Assembly: GCA_016223045.1 (NCBI GenBank)
Contig: JACRPT010000146.1
Location: forward strand, 1,760-65,759
Reading direction: 5' to 3'
Origin: Candidatus Eiseniibacteriota bacterium
GTDB lineage: Bacteria > Eisenbacteria > RBG-16-71-46
DNA: 64,000 nt
Position numbers and translations under genes: made by a program. Under the pieces are notes generated by a model, which was given only the letters and a program-made list of their open reading frames with translations, did no database searches and was not told the origin of the DNA. Positions 1-9,561 of the stretch are shown here, piece by piece. Positions within the stretch are counted from its first letter, which is position 1. Every line of letters begins with the position of its first letter.

Positions 1-2
1 AG

Positions 3-536
3 AAGAAACCGGACAAGGTGCGCACGCAGGTGCTGCGCCGCTACGAGGCGAAACCGAAGAAGAGCGGCGCGTCGGTCAGCGTCCGCCTCCGCCCGGGAAT
101 GGACGAGGAGATCGTGAACTTCGCTTTCCGCCCCGAGGCGCGCCGCGAGTTCAGGTACCGCATCCTGGGACGCGACCTGCTGGGCGACCACCTCATCTAC
201 CGCATCGGATTCGAGCCGCGCTCGCTGCTCGATCCCACGATGCCGAAAGGGACGGTGTGGATCGACACCAACGACTTCGTCATCGTGCGGCAGGAAGTGG
301 CCTTCGACCGCTCGCCCGCGCCGCCGATCCTCAAGAGCGTGGATCGCATGGTCATCGAGCGCGGGAACGCGGGCGGCTACTGGGTGCTGAAGCGCGTGCT
401 GCTGCGCGCCCAGGCCACGTTGCCGCTGCCGAAGCTGGGACGCTCGTTCGACATCACGATGCGGTTCGACGAGATCTCGATCAACTCCGGCCTCGCCGAC
501 TCGTTGTTCACCGCGGGTGGGAGCGCGTCGCAGTGA
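3..536 (+). CDS. hypothetical protein, 5'-truncated at window edge (periplasmic LolA-like fold possible)
   Basis: Open frame continues to the window start with no upstream stop. The composition is protein-like. The TGA stop overlaps the GTG start of the next gene (GTGA). Confidence 0.5.
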   Translation, partial: KKPDKVRTQVLRRYEAKPKKSGASVSVRLRPGMDEEIVNFAFRPEARREFRYRILGRDLLGDHLIYRIGFEPRSLLDPTMPKGTVWIDTNDFVIVRQEVAFDRSPAPPILKSVDRMVIERGNAGGYWVLKRVLLRAQATLPLPKLGRSFDITMRFDEISINSGLADSLFTAGGSASQ

Positions 537-2029
537 GCGCGCGTGCGCTGCTCATCGTCCTGCTGCTGGCGCTCGCCGCATCGGCCACACGCGCGGACTC
601 CGCTGCGGGCGGCGGCGCGACCGTGCTCGCTGCGGCGATGCGAGCCGCCCCGTCCGCCCTCGCCGCGTCGTCCGCGCCCGCCGCGTGGCCCGCGCTCGCG
701 GTGTCAATCAGCGCCGTCCCGGCCGCGCTCGCCGCGTCGCCCGCGCCCGCCGCGCCCGCGCCGGCCGACACCTCGCTCCGGCACTTCCTCGGCCAGCTCT
801 CCGATTCGACCGACCGCTACTTCGGCGTCTCCGCCGCGCCGGTGGACACCGCGGGACTCGACACCGTGCTCTCCGACCAGGGCGCGGAGGGGCGGCGGTT
901 CGACTTCTCGTCGATGCCCTCGTTCGCCTTCAACCGCGCGGACGGCCCCACCTACGGGGGCTCGCTCAAGCTCGAGTTCCCGGACGCGGGCGAGCGACAG
1001 AACGGGCCCGGCACGCTCACCGGCCGGCTCGCCTACCCGGTAGGTTCCGACCGCGTGCGGGGCGGCGGCGAGTACCGGAACCGGATCTGGCTCGGCCGCA
1101 CTGCGCTCGACGTGGAGCTCTTCGCCGGTCGCGTCACCGCGAGCGTGGACCGCGACCACCGCGTCGGCTTCCTCGACGCCATGGGCGCACTGCTCTCGGG
1201 CACCGACGGCACGCACTACCTGCGCCGCGACGGATTCGAGGGCGCACTCGCGCACGACCACTCCGGCTGGCGCGTGCGCGCGGGCTGGCGCGACATGATC
1301 GAGAGTCCACTCGCCACCACCACGACCTGGAACCTGTTCCGCCGCGAGCCCGACCCGCGCTGGAACGTGCCCGCCGTGACCGGACGCGCGCGCGAGCTTT
1401 CGCTCGAGGCCGGACTGCGCTGGCCGCGCCTGCCGCTCCGCAGCGAGATCGGCTGGACGCTCTCGAGCCCCGATCTCGGCAGCGCGTTCGACTTCCGCCG
1501 CCTGCGCGTCGCCACCGGCGCCGACCTCACGCTCGGGCGCATCGCCTCGCTGGTGCCGCAGCTCGGCTACGGGCGGCTCGGCGGCACGATGGTGCCGCAG
1601 GCCGCGTTCTACCTGGGCGGCGCGCCCACGCTGCGGAGCCTCCGGCGCGACGCGCTCGGCGGCAGCGGGCTCGCCATCGCGCGACTCGACCTGATCGGCG
1701 CCGGTGACCTGCTCGCCGACCTCCACGTCCCGCACCCGGCCGCGCTGCCGCTGCAGGGCGCGCTGTTCGCCGCGAGCGGCGCGGTCTGGGGCGTGGACCC
1801 CTACGCCGGACCGGCGCCGCCGCGGCCGATCGGTATCCCGGGCGGCGACGGCTGGCCGGATCGGCGCGACTGGCGGAGCGAAGCAGGCGTGTCGCTCATC
1901 TACAGCTCGGCCATCATCGCCGAGGGTTCGATGGTGCGCTTCAACTACGCCTGGCCGGTCGGCCCGCACCGCGGCGGTGCGCGCTTCAACCTGGCCTTCT
2001 CGCACGGGCTGGATCTGATGAGGAGGTAG
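533..2029 (+). CDS. secreted protein, probable outer-membrane beta-barrel
   Basis: GTG start at 533 overlaps the upstream stop. N-terminal signal peptide (ARALLIVLLLALAASATRA). The body is rich in alternating Gly/aromatic/Arg residues, as in OM beta-barrels. I rejected the longer 257 start because it reads through the previous gene in another frame. Confidence 0.55.
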   Translation: MSARALLIVLLLALAASATRADSAAGGGATVLAAAMRAAPSALAASSAPAAWPALAVSISAVPAALAASPAPAAPAPADTSLRHFLGQLSDSTDRYFGVSAAPVDTAGLDTVLSDQGAEGRRFDFSSMPSFAFNRADGPTYGGSLKLEFPDAGERQNGPGTLTGRLAYPVGSDRVRGGGEYRNRIWLGRTALDVELFAGRVTASVDRDHRVGFLDAMGALLSGTDGTHYLRRDGFEGALAHDHSGWRVRAGWRDMIESPLATTTTWNLFRREPDPRWNVPAVTGRARELSLEAGLRWPRLPLRSEIGWTLSSPDLGSAFDFRRLRVATGADLTLGRIASLVPQLGYGRLGGTMVPQAAFYLGGAPTLRSLRRDALGGSGLAIARLDLIGAGDLLADLHVPHPAALPLQGALFAASGAVWGVDPYAGPAPPRPIGIPGGDGWPDRRDWRSEAGVSLIYSSAIIAEGSMVRFNYAWPVGPHRGGARFNLAFSHGLDLMRR

Positions 2030-2151
2030 CCCTCCCCCGCCGGTCCCCCGCGGCGATTGCGCCTGGAGCTTGATCTCCTTCCCCTCAACATTCTTTGTCC
2101 CTCGTCAGTGAACGACCACCCCGCCCTGTCAAAAGCGCGCGACAGCTCGAC

Positions 2152-3117
2152 TCAGCGTTTGGCTAAAGTTCGCCTTAGCTCCTTCAACAGCTTCGCGGTC
2201 TCCTCAAGACTTCGGATCAGGCTAGCATCACCCTTCAACTCGGCGAGCGTCGTCCACGGATAGCTCCGAATGCTTTCCGCAAGCGCCTGGATGTCTCCAG
2301 CGAGCCCGAGTCGTTTCTTCGTCGGGGCAGGAGCCAGCTTCAGAAGCGCAGAGTCGATTGAGCCGGAATCCGACAAGAATTCGTCGCGCGCCACTGGATC
2401 CCGAAGCACCTGGCGGAGCTTTCGGATGTCCTTCGAGTTGCTGATCTGCTGGTCGTTCACTCTCCGTATGATCGCGTTGAGCGACTCCGTGGTCAGGAGC
2501 TTTCGGTTGAGGTTCTTGATCTCGCGTGCCCAGGTGATCGAAGTTGCCGGATCAGGCAAGTTCGTCAGCTTCTCGGACAGCTCGTAAATCTCGACGAGCT
2601 TGTCCAGCTCCCGCACCGTGATTCCGAGCATGTTCGCGGCGCTCGCGCGCCCTACCAAGTCGACAAGGCGGTACGCAACCATCTCTTTCTCTTTCGCGTC
2701 CCATTCCCGCCGCTGACGATGGATGTAGATCCAGACGCGCAGGCGCTCCTCTTCCGTCAGCGTCTGATCTGTCACCTCGGCGGCGATCTTCCGGTACTGG
2801 TCCTTCTTCTGAACCTCGACGAGGACCTTCGAATTCGTCCACCGCCGATCTCCGTCGATGATGCTGAATTTCCCCGGATGGTCAGGGTGTGGCTCCAGCA
2901 GCAACGGCTCGAAAATGCCTTCGTTTGCCTCGATCTGTCGCTGAAGTTCAGGGTCCTCCTTGGGGCCCAACCGCGGTTGCTTCGGGTTCGGCAGAACGTC
3001 GTCCAGGTCAACGGTCGTGCGATACGTCCTGAGAATCGTTCGCCCCAGCCGGCGGTCCTGCCAGTGAACCCCCGGCGGTTCAATCTTCGCGGCTTCTGTG
3101 GACATGGATATCCTCAT
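2152..3117 (-). CDS. ParB-like nuclease-domain protein (ParB/Sulfiredoxin N-terminal domain)
   Basis: Carries the VLPNPKQPR ... IIDGDRRW signature of the ParB N-terminal domain. Local GC is much lower than the flanks. Its start overlaps the next gene by 4 bp. Confidence 0.7.
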   Translation of the reverse strand: MRISMSTEAAKIEPPGVHWQDRRLGRTILRTYRTTVDLDDVLPNPKQPRLGPKEDPELQRQIEANEGIFEPLLLEPHPDHPGKFSIIDGDRRWTNSKVLVEVQKKDQYRKIAAEVTDQTLTEEERLRVWIYIHRQRREWDAKEKEMVAYRLVDLVGRASAANMLGITVRELDKLVEIYELSEKLTNLPDPATSITWAREIKNLNRKLLTTESLNAIIRRVNDQQISNSKDIRKLRQVLRDPVARDEFLSDSGSIDSALLKLAPAPTKKRLGLAGDIQALAESIRSYPWTTLAELKGDASLIRSLEETAKLLKELRRTLAKR

Positions 3118-4340
3118 GCGCCGCCGCCGGTAGCGGCCGGGCGGTTCTCAAGGATCGCGCTGACCTCGGTCTCGACCTGTCTCACGACATTGCGCAGGCG
3201 CGTGACCATCTTCCCACGCTTGAGCCACACCTTGTCGTGCTCGCGCTTCTCCTCGACATCGAGCTCCGAGAGTTCACCCGCCAGCCGCGCCGTTTCCTGC
3301 TGGTGCTGCCGATACTCGTCGGAGGCGATGTACTTGTAGAGGAGATCGCGCTTCTCGTTTCGCTCGCTCAGGCTGAGCTTGAGGACGCGCACCCTGACCA
3401 TGGCGTTCCGCAGCAGCTCCACGATCTCGCAGACCCGCGCCCGACTGACGACGATGACGCCGGTTTCCTCGTCGAGGTACAGCTCCTTCTTGCCGCTCGG
3501 GAACACGGTGGTGGCGAGCACGGCGTGCTCCGCCTTGGCCGCTATCTGGTCCTCGCGCAGCTTAGTGACGTAGCTGTTCTGCCAAGCCTGCCGATTCTTT
3601 GAGTCGATGACGATCGTGCCGCATGCCGTGCCCTTGTGCAGCACCTTGTGCCGGATGTCAGCTCCGGGCTCTCCGCGCTTGACGCGCGTGATGTCGTCTC
3701 CGGTGAACGCTTCGCGAAGCGCCTCGTAGGCGTCGAGCTCGGCACCCTCCCCCAGCTCGTCGGCCGTCTTCCGCTGGAGCTGGCGGGACAGGGTATCCAC
3801 CTTCTGCTGAAGCTGCCCCTTCTCGCGCTGATGCTGCGCTTGGAGCTTGAGCAACTGGTCGGTGCGGTCTCTCTCGAGCGCCGTGCGCTGCTGCTCAAGG
3901 TCGTTCTTCTGCTTCACGCTCACCGCCTCGAGCTCCTTGATCTTCGCCGCGCCCTGGTCACGCTCCGTGATAAGCGCCCCCAGCTTCTTATCCATGTCGC
4001 CCCGGACCCGTGCCTCCACCGTCGCTGCCGCTTCCTTTCGAATCCCCGCTTCTCGCTGCTCTCGCTCGGCATTGAAGGCTGCGATCTTCTTCTCCGCCTC
4101 GGCCCGCAACGCAATCTCGGTGCTCTGCTTGTGCGCCTCGAGCTCCTGCTGCATGCGCACCCGCTCCGCCGCGAGCCTCTTGCGCTCCTGATCAGCGATG
4201 CGCGCCTCGATCTTCTCGAACTCCTCCCTCGAAATGACGTTTCCGCACCACGGACAGCTCTCGGTGGCAGGCTCTGGCTCGAATGCAACCGCTTCGCTCG
4301 ACATCCTGGGACCTCCAATTGCTGAGTCGATAGATGACAA
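3114..4340 (-). CDS. DUF2130-like coiled-coil protein with N-terminal CxxC zinc ribbon
   Basis: N-terminal CPWCGN motif, a long charged coiled-coil region (repeated E/K/R/Q/L heptads), and a C-terminal globular domain. Co-oriented with and overlapping the ParB-like gene. Lower GC. Confidence 0.6.
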   Translation of the reverse strand: MSSIDSAIGGPRMSSEAVAFEPEPATESCPWCGNVISREEFEKIEARIADQERKRLAAERVRMQQELEAHKQSTEIALRAEAEKKIAAFNAEREQREAGIRKEAAATVEARVRGDMDKKLGALITERDQGAAKIKELEAVSVKQKNDLEQQRTALERDRTDQLLKLQAQHQREKGQLQQKVDTLSRQLQRKTADELGEGAELDAYEALREAFTGDDITRVKRGEPGADIRHKVLHKGTACGTIVIDSKNRQAWQNSYVTKLREDQIAAKAEHAVLATTVFPSGKKELYLDEETGVIVVSRARVCEIVELLRNAMVRVRVLKLSLSERNEKRDLLYKYIASDEYRQHQQETARLAGELSELDVEEKREHDKVWLKRGKMVTRLRNVVRQVETEVSAILENRPAATGGGA

Positions 4341-4535
4341 GGACCGAAAGGGACCCTATCGGTCCCCAAGCACGCGGTCAAGCGGATTCAGTCGGCCCTC
4401 CCCCCGTGCCGCGGGACCGTCGGCGGCGCGGCCGTGCCTTGGCGCGGGCATCGGGGGGCTGGAAACGTCCCACTCTCCAGGAAGCTGAAATCTCCGGGCT
4501 GGACACCCCCCCCGGCGGGGTGCTACAAGAGCTCC

Positions 4536-5162
4536 ATGGAGAAGTTTTCTTCCTCAAAATCCGCAAAGGTGAAATCTGCCCCTCGCCAGCAGCTCAAGAA
4601 CAGCCAATTCGCCCTGCAACTGACTGAGGTCCGCAAGGTGATCTACGCCTGCGACAACCCCCGCGACCGGACCCTAGTCGCGGCGCTCGCGGCGACCGGG
4701 ATGCGGCGTGCCGAGGTCGCTGCGCTCGACGTCCGCGACGTGGACCTCGAGGCGCGTCGGGTCACGATCCGGTCGGGCAAAGGCGGCAAGCAGCGCACCG
4801 TGCCCATCACCGAGGAGCTGGCGAGCGACCTCCGACTCCTGATCGGCAAGCGCGCCACAGGCCCGGTATTCCTTTCAAACCGCCGTGGACCCTTGACCAC
4901 CCGCCAGGTCAATTACATCGTGGCGGATGCTGGGGTGCGAGCCGGAGTGAAGAACCCGAACCCCGCGAGCCACGGCCGGATCACCTGCCACCTGTTCCGG
5001 CACACGTTCGCCCGCCATTGGAAGCAGCGCGGCGGCGACATCGAGAGCCTCGCGCAGATTCTCGGCCATGCGAGCAGCGCGACGACCGTGGACCTCTACG
5101 GCACACTGAGCATCGACGACGTGCAGGAGCATTACGACAGGCTCATGGAGACAACCTCGTGA
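4536..5162 (+). CDS. short tyrosine recombinase (phage-integrase catalytic domain only)
   Basis: Has the catalytic RxxR...HxxR (LFRHTFARH) and LGHASSATTVDLYG (catalytic Tyr) motifs of the Xer/integrase family. It lacks an N-terminal core-binding domain. ATG at 4536 follows a non-coding-looking leader. The stop overlaps the MTase GTG start (GTGA). Confidence 0.75.
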   Translation: MEKFSSSKSAKVKSAPRQQLKNSQFALQLTEVRKVIYACDNPRDRTLVAALAATGMRRAEVAALDVRDVDLEARRVTIRSGKGGKQRTVPITEELASDLRLLIGKRATGPVFLSNRRGPLTTRQVNYIVADAGVRAGVKNPNPASHGRITCHLFRHTFARHWKQRGGDIESLAQILGHASSATTVDLYGTLSIDDVQEHYDRLMETTS

Positions 5163-7480
5163 GCAGCACCAGACCCACTCAACCCGTCGCAGACCAGCTC
5201 GCGCTCCTTGACGACCCGACACGCGCCGGCAGCGCACCCGCCGCTAGCGCCGTGCCCGCGTACACCACGTACTACAAGACGCTTGTCGCGCTCCGTGAGG
5301 AGTTCCACCGCACGGGCCGGTACGACGACGCGAACACGAAGCTCGATGAGATCGTGAAGCTGCTCGTGATGCGCTTCCACGAGGAGCGGCGGCATGCCCG
5401 CGGGCTCGAGGACCGATTCTCCGCCGATTTCCTTAGCCGCCTTGCGGCGAAGACGCACGGTGATCCCGCGCGGGTTGCCCGCGCGCTCCGTACCCTGTCG
5501 CAGGAGACCCTGCGCTCGCCTGAGTACGCCAATCCCGATGGAACCAGCGTGTTCGGCGCGGACCCGTGCCTCAGTATTCAGCCCACAGACGATGCCTTCG
5601 CTGTTCAGATCGTGAACGCGGTTCGAGCGTTGGCTGTCCCGACCGGCGCCGCGTCCGGCGCGTTCGACATCCTCAACGAGTCCTTCGGGCACTTCGTCAG
5701 GGACAGCTTCCGCAACCACATGGAAGACGCGCAGTACATGACTCCGCAGGAAGTCGTGGAGGCGATGGCCGCCATCGCCCTCGCCGACGTTGAAGCCGAC
5801 TCTGCATCCGTGAAGCGCCTTTTGGAGGCGAGCGGTGAGGAGCCTTTTCTCGTTCTTGATCCGACCTGTGGGGTTGGTTCGTTCCTTGTCGAGGCCCTCC
5901 GCCGCATGCTTCGCGTCTTGCGCGACCGTGGGCTCGACACAAACACCGTCGCTGCGCTGACTGAGGCGTACCGGAATGCGTGCGTTCGCGGCCAAGACAA
6001 GGTTGACCGGATGGTCCGGCTCACGAAGCTCAACCTCATGCTCTTCGGTGGTGGTGGCGGATCCGTCTGGCAGGGAAACAGCATCCTGAACGGCTCGGCG
6101 CTCGACGATCTCCAGGGGCGCGTGGACTTGATCCTCACCAACCCCCCCTTCGGCGCCCGTTATCGGCTCGGAGACGTGCTGGCGCATCAGGCGCGCGATC
6201 GGTACCCCATGCTTCATGACCTAGCACAGGCTGGGCGCGCGCCGACCAGCGTCGATTCTGAGGTCGTTCTCCTAGATCGCTGCCTTTCACTGCTCCGCCC
6301 GGGCGGCCGCCTACTCATCGTCCTCCCCGACAGCGTGGTATCTGGCCGCGGCTTCGTCGCTGTCGCTCGTGAGTGGATTGAAGCAAGAGCGGACCTCATC
6401 GCCGTCGTAGAGCTACCGGCGGAGACCTTTGCGCAAGCCGGCACCCGCACGAAGACGTGCTTCGCGTACCTCCGAAAGCGAGACGTTTGTCCAAGTCGTA
6501 TCGGGCGCGTTTTCATGGCAGTTTGTGACGACATCGGGTTCCGCGTGGTGGCACGCGCCGGAGCCTCGCTCAAGATCCAAGATGGGACCAACCAGCTCCC
6601 CGCCATTGTCGATGCGTACCTTGACACGTCCTCCCGCGGTTCAGGCGAGCACGCCGCTCCACTCGTTGCGTCCCGTGAACCGTCGGCTGTCTGGGTTCCA
6701 CGCGACTCGTTGTTGAATGGCCGATGGACACCCAACTTCTACCGCGCCAGGCGGCTTGAGGCGCTCACGACACTCCGCGACCTGCAGGGCTCCGGGTACG
6801 AGCTCCACACGCTGGCATCCATCGCACGCCTCGCTTCAAGATCTCGTCGAAGGGTGCCGGTGCCAGCGGGCGCCAAGACCATCAGCGTGCTGCACGTGTC
6901 GCAGGACGGCGCGATCAACTTTCGCGAGGTAGCGTCGTACTCTCCGAAGTTCCCCGGCTTGCCGTGCCGCCCCGGCGACGTTCTCATCTCGAAGATCAAC
7001 CCCCACATCCCCCGCGTGTGTGTGGTCCCGGAGGCGGAGTATCCCCTCGCCTGCTCGTCCGAGTTCGAGATCCTAGAACCTGTAGGCACGCTCGAATCGC
7101 ACTTGCTAGCCGCCATCCTAGTGTCCCCGTCCGTCCAGACACAGATCGAGTGCTTGACTTCCGGTACGTCCTCTTCACACAACCGGATCAAGGACACTGA
7201 ACTTGCCGAGGTGCTCGTCCCCCTGCCTCGCCGGGGATCCGCGTTGGATCAACGTTTCACGGAGATCGGCGCTGCATTGCGGCGGGCCACCGCGCAGCGG
7301 TACGAGGCGGATGCGCTCGCCCTTCAGGAGCTGAAGGCACTCGCCGGCGCGTTCAGCGTAGCAATCAGTGACCGCATCGACCCGGAGGTCACGGAGCGAA
7401 CCGGAGCACTTGAATCTGCCCCTGCGCGTCTTCCTCGGCCTGGTAGATCTTCCGCGACGCCGGCTCGACTTCCAGTGTGA
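5159..7480 (+). CDS. N6-adenine DNA methyltransferase fused to a C-terminal HsdS-like target-recognition domain
   Basis: AdoMet motif I (LDPTCGVGSFL) and motif IV (NPPFG), typical of gamma-class amino-MTases. The C-terminal 250 aa resemble an HsdS TRD (PGDVLISKINPHIP ... VPLPRRGSALDQRFTEI). GTG start at 5159 is coupled to the recombinase stop. The 5018 start was rejected. Confidence 0.8.
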   Translation: MSSTRPTQPVADQLALLDDPTRAGSAPAASAVPAYTTYYKTLVALREEFHRTGRYDDANTKLDEIVKLLVMRFHEERRHARGLEDRFSADFLSRLAAKTHGDPARVARALRTLSQETLRSPEYANPDGTSVFGADPCLSIQPTDDAFAVQIVNAVRALAVPTGAASGAFDILNESFGHFVRDSFRNHMEDAQYMTPQEVVEAMAAIALADVEADSASVKRLLEASGEEPFLVLDPTCGVGSFLVEALRRMLRVLRDRGLDTNTVAALTEAYRNACVRGQDKVDRMVRLTKLNLMLFGGGGGSVWQGNSILNGSALDDLQGRVDLILTNPPFGARYRLGDVLAHQARDRYPMLHDLAQAGRAPTSVDSEVVLLDRCLSLLRPGGRLLIVLPDSVVSGRGFVAVAREWIEARADLIAVVELPAETFAQAGTRTKTCFAYLRKRDVCPSRIGRVFMAVCDDIGFRVVARAGASLKIQDGTNQLPAIVDAYLDTSSRGSGEHAAPLVASREPSAVWVPRDSLLNGRWTPNFYRARRLEALTTLRDLQGSGYELHTLASIARLASRSRRRVPVPAGAKTISVLHVSQDGAINFREVASYSPKFPGLPCRPGDVLISKINPHIPRVCVVPEAEYPLACSSEFEILEPVGTLESHLLAAILVSPSVQTQIECLTSGTSSSHNRIKDTELAEVLVPLPRRGSALDQRFTEIGAALRRATAQRYEADALALQELKALAGAFSVAISDRIDPEVTERTGALESAPARLPRPGRSSATPARLPV

Positions 7481-8081
7481 TCTGGAGTCGTTCGAAATCG
7501 TGGCCGTTTCCGTGGCGCGCATAGTCGTCGTCGGTCTGGTTCCTCGGCGGGAACAACTGGAAGTTCGCGTCCGGACGTCGCGGATCTGAGAGCTTTGGCT
7601 TTCCCTTCTTCTTCATCCATTCGCGGTACCGGGCCGCCAGGGCCTCGTGTTGCCCCGGAAACAGCCGCCACACCCTCGCCCTGACGCGCCCGCCGGTCGT
7701 CTGATCCAGAGACACGAGGTAGAGCGTCTCCCGTCCTAGGAACGCCTCCATATCCGCCTCGTTCCGTGCGAGGAAGTTCCAGCGTGGTGCCTTAGCACCA
7801 CGCTTGTCGAGCGCGTCCAAGAAGTTCGCGGATTTGATCTCGGATCCGTCAATCAGGTCCAGCCCTTTGCCCCGCATCCCGGCGCCTGGGATCGCCGTCA
7901 CCAGAGACACGAGGTGCTGGGCGACATACCCAGTGTCGATCTGGGCCGGCTGTTCTGTGATGTCGCGCCAGGAATGCAGCCTTTGCCGCTGATCGACGAC
8001 CTGCTCCTGCAAGAGCTGCATCGTCAGCCGTGAGCGTTCCTTCGGCGACAAGGTCGCGAGCTTGGGCGGGCGCTTGTTCAA
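7389..8081 (-). CDS. candidate Type II restriction endonuclease (PD-(D/E)xK-like)
   Basis: A 230-aa protein convergent with, and 3'-overlapping, the MTase gene. Possible PD-ExK core (GLDLIDGSEIKSA). Its start overlaps the stop of an upstream HTH controller-like gene by 4 bp. Low-GC island context. Confidence 0.5.
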   Translation of the reverse strand: MNKRPPKLATLSPKERSRLTMQLLQEQVVDQRQRLHSWRDITEQPAQIDTGYVAQHLVSLVTAIPGAGMRGKGLDLIDGSEIKSANFLDALDKRGAKAPRWNFLARNEADMEAFLGRETLYLVSLDQTTGGRVRARVWRLFPGQHEALAARYREWMKKKGKPKLSDPRRPDANFQLFPPRNQTDDDYARHGNGHDFERLQITLEVEPASRKIYQAEEDAQGQIQVLRFAP

Positions 8082-8311
8082 CGCGCCTGCCCCTGCTCAA
8101 CGAAGAACTCCAGTGGCCTGCGGTACAGCCGCGCGAACGCCGCCAGCTCGACCACGTCCACGCGTCGCTCCCCCGCCTCGCACTTCGAAACGAAGGACTG
8201 TGGGCGGCTGAGGCGCTTTGCGACTTCAGCCTGCGTGAAGCCGGCCTGTTCCCGCGCGGCGCGGAGCCGCGCGAGGAAGCGACGGTACTCGGGGCGATTG
8301 GTTGGGGGCAT
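8078..8311 (-). CDS. XRE-family HTH protein, probable R-M controller (C) protein
   Basis: A 77-aa protein with a classic HTH_XRE region (GFTQAEVAKRLSRPQSFVSKCEAG). It sits immediately upstream of, and overlapping, the nuclease gene, which is the usual C-R arrangement. Confidence 0.7.
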   Translation of the reverse strand: MPPTNRPEYRRFLARLRAAREQAGFTQAEVAKRLSRPQSFVSKCEAGERRVDVVELAAFARLYRRPLEFFVEQGQAR

Positions 8312-8661
8312 ACGGGGTCTTCACGACCTCCGCGGGGCCTGCACGGCTCGGGGAAGCACAACCTACACGGCTGCACTTGCAGGCTAGAACCTGGCTTCGA
8401 ATATCCCAAGTTAGCATGTGCGAGCGCACCACCAGAGGCAGAGGGAACGAGCAAGCTCCGGCTCCTCTTCGAGGCACATCCACATGAGCTCTACAATACC
8501 TGTCCGCCAAGGCGCGCTCGCCTGCCCGGGCCCGGACCAGCGGGCAGCGCGCATAGCAGAACCCCCGGCGGATCGCTCCGCCGGGGGCCGCTACGCCGCG
8601 CCGGACTCGTCCCCTTGCCCTGGCACCATGCGAGTTGACGCGGCGGGTCTCCCGTCCTGCT

Positions 8662-8985
8662 TCAGCGCACGCGCGCGTTGTGCTTGAGCCGGTAGATGGC
8701 GCGGCTCTCGTGATTGAGCGCCACGTTCAGGCGCCGGCGCTCGCGCGGGGTCACCACGCCGTCGGCCTTCGCGCGCCGCTCCATGCGGTGGATCTGCCAC
8801 TCACCCGCTACCAGACGGCGCGTCTCGCGCGGCGTCAACTGGCCGCTGCGCACGCCCTGCGCGATGCGGGCGCGCTGGTGGGCTTCGCGCCGATCCACGC
8901 GCGGCGTCCAGGTGTTCGCGGAGGCCACGCCGGCGAGGGACACCGCGAGCGCGGCCATCAGGACCATCATCATGAACCGCCTCAT
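8662..8985 (-). CDS. small secreted basic protein of unknown function
   Basis: N-terminal signal peptide (MRRFMMMVLMAALAVSLAGVASA) followed by a Arg/Glu-rich body. 107 aa. Confidence 0.45.
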   Translation of the reverse strand: MRRFMMMVLMAALAVSLAGVASANTWTPRVDRREAHQRARIAQGVRSGQLTPRETRRLVAGEWQIHRMERRAKADGVVTPRERRRLNVALNHESRAIYRLKHNARVR

Positions 8986-9448
8986 CTCATCCTCCTGCTC
9001 CGTGGGGCTCGCTGCCGGCGGGACGCTCGCCCGCCTCGAATCGTGCGCGCCGACCGGGGCTCGGGACCGGCCGGACCTTCGTGCCGTGGACCTGACCCGT
9101 GTAGCCGGCGGGTCCGGCCCGCGGTCCCGGTGCGCCGGGTAGCGCGCTGCGCCCGGGTAGATGAGCAGGCCGCGTGCCGGGTGGGTGCGCCATGCCCCAC
9201 CGGCCCGATTGCCAGCAGGTTAGCGGCGCGGGACGGTGCCGACGTGGCGGGTGGGGCAGGCGCGAGTGGTCCAGACGGTTCAGGCGTCCCGCGCCGCGGT
9301 GGACTGCGCGGTACATCCGGGGGCGCGGATGTTCGCAGGACGTCAGGCCCACGCCGCGCGGGCGGTGGCACTATGCGAGGCCTCGGAGTTCGCCGCGGTC
9401 AGAGATCGCAGGGGCCACCGTCCTGCCCGGGACCGCCGGCCCGATTGC

Positions 9449-9561
9449 GCGTCGCGCTACCCCGGCGCCTCGATCGTCCCTTCCAGGCAGGCCAGTGATC
9501 GCAGGGGGCCGCACACCGCGTCGCGCTACTCCGGCACCTCGATCGTCCCTTGCAGGTACGG
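9449..9561. repeat. imperfect 43-bp direct repeat (period about 69 bp) duplicating the 3' end of phzF
   Basis: The sequence at 9449-9491 matches 9518-9561 with about 4 mismatches. The proximal copy encodes the PhzF C-terminus (..PYLQGTIEVPE). Confidence 0.5.

Larger units (their letters stand above)
2040..8420. mobile_element. lower-GC genomic island: ParB-like + DUF2130-like + tyrosine recombinase + C-regulated R-M system
   Basis: There is an abrupt drop in GC relative to the 70%+ flanks. A recombinase gene is present. Defence-type cargo. The boundaries are approximate and no flanking att repeats or tRNA were identified. Confidence 0.5.

Noticed and set aside
257-532. Upstream extension of the OMP gene (ORF start 257)
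   Set aside because: It overlaps the preceding gene in another frame. A signal peptide starts at the GTG at 533.
4434-4535. N-terminal extension of the recombinase ORF
   Set aside because: The leader is poly-C/G rich with no protein-like composition. The ATG at 4536 precedes the conserved catalytic domain.
4340-4536. Possible tRNA integration target next to the recombinase
   Set aside because: No cloverleaf or T-loop (GTTCRANYC) consensus was found. Only a short hairpin GGACCGA-N11-TCGGTCC is present.
8590-8640. TGGCAC element (TGGCACcatgcgaGTTGAC) as a sigma-54 promoter
   Set aside because: There is no GC dinucleotide at the -12 position, and it lies on the 3' side of the neighbouring minus-strand gene.
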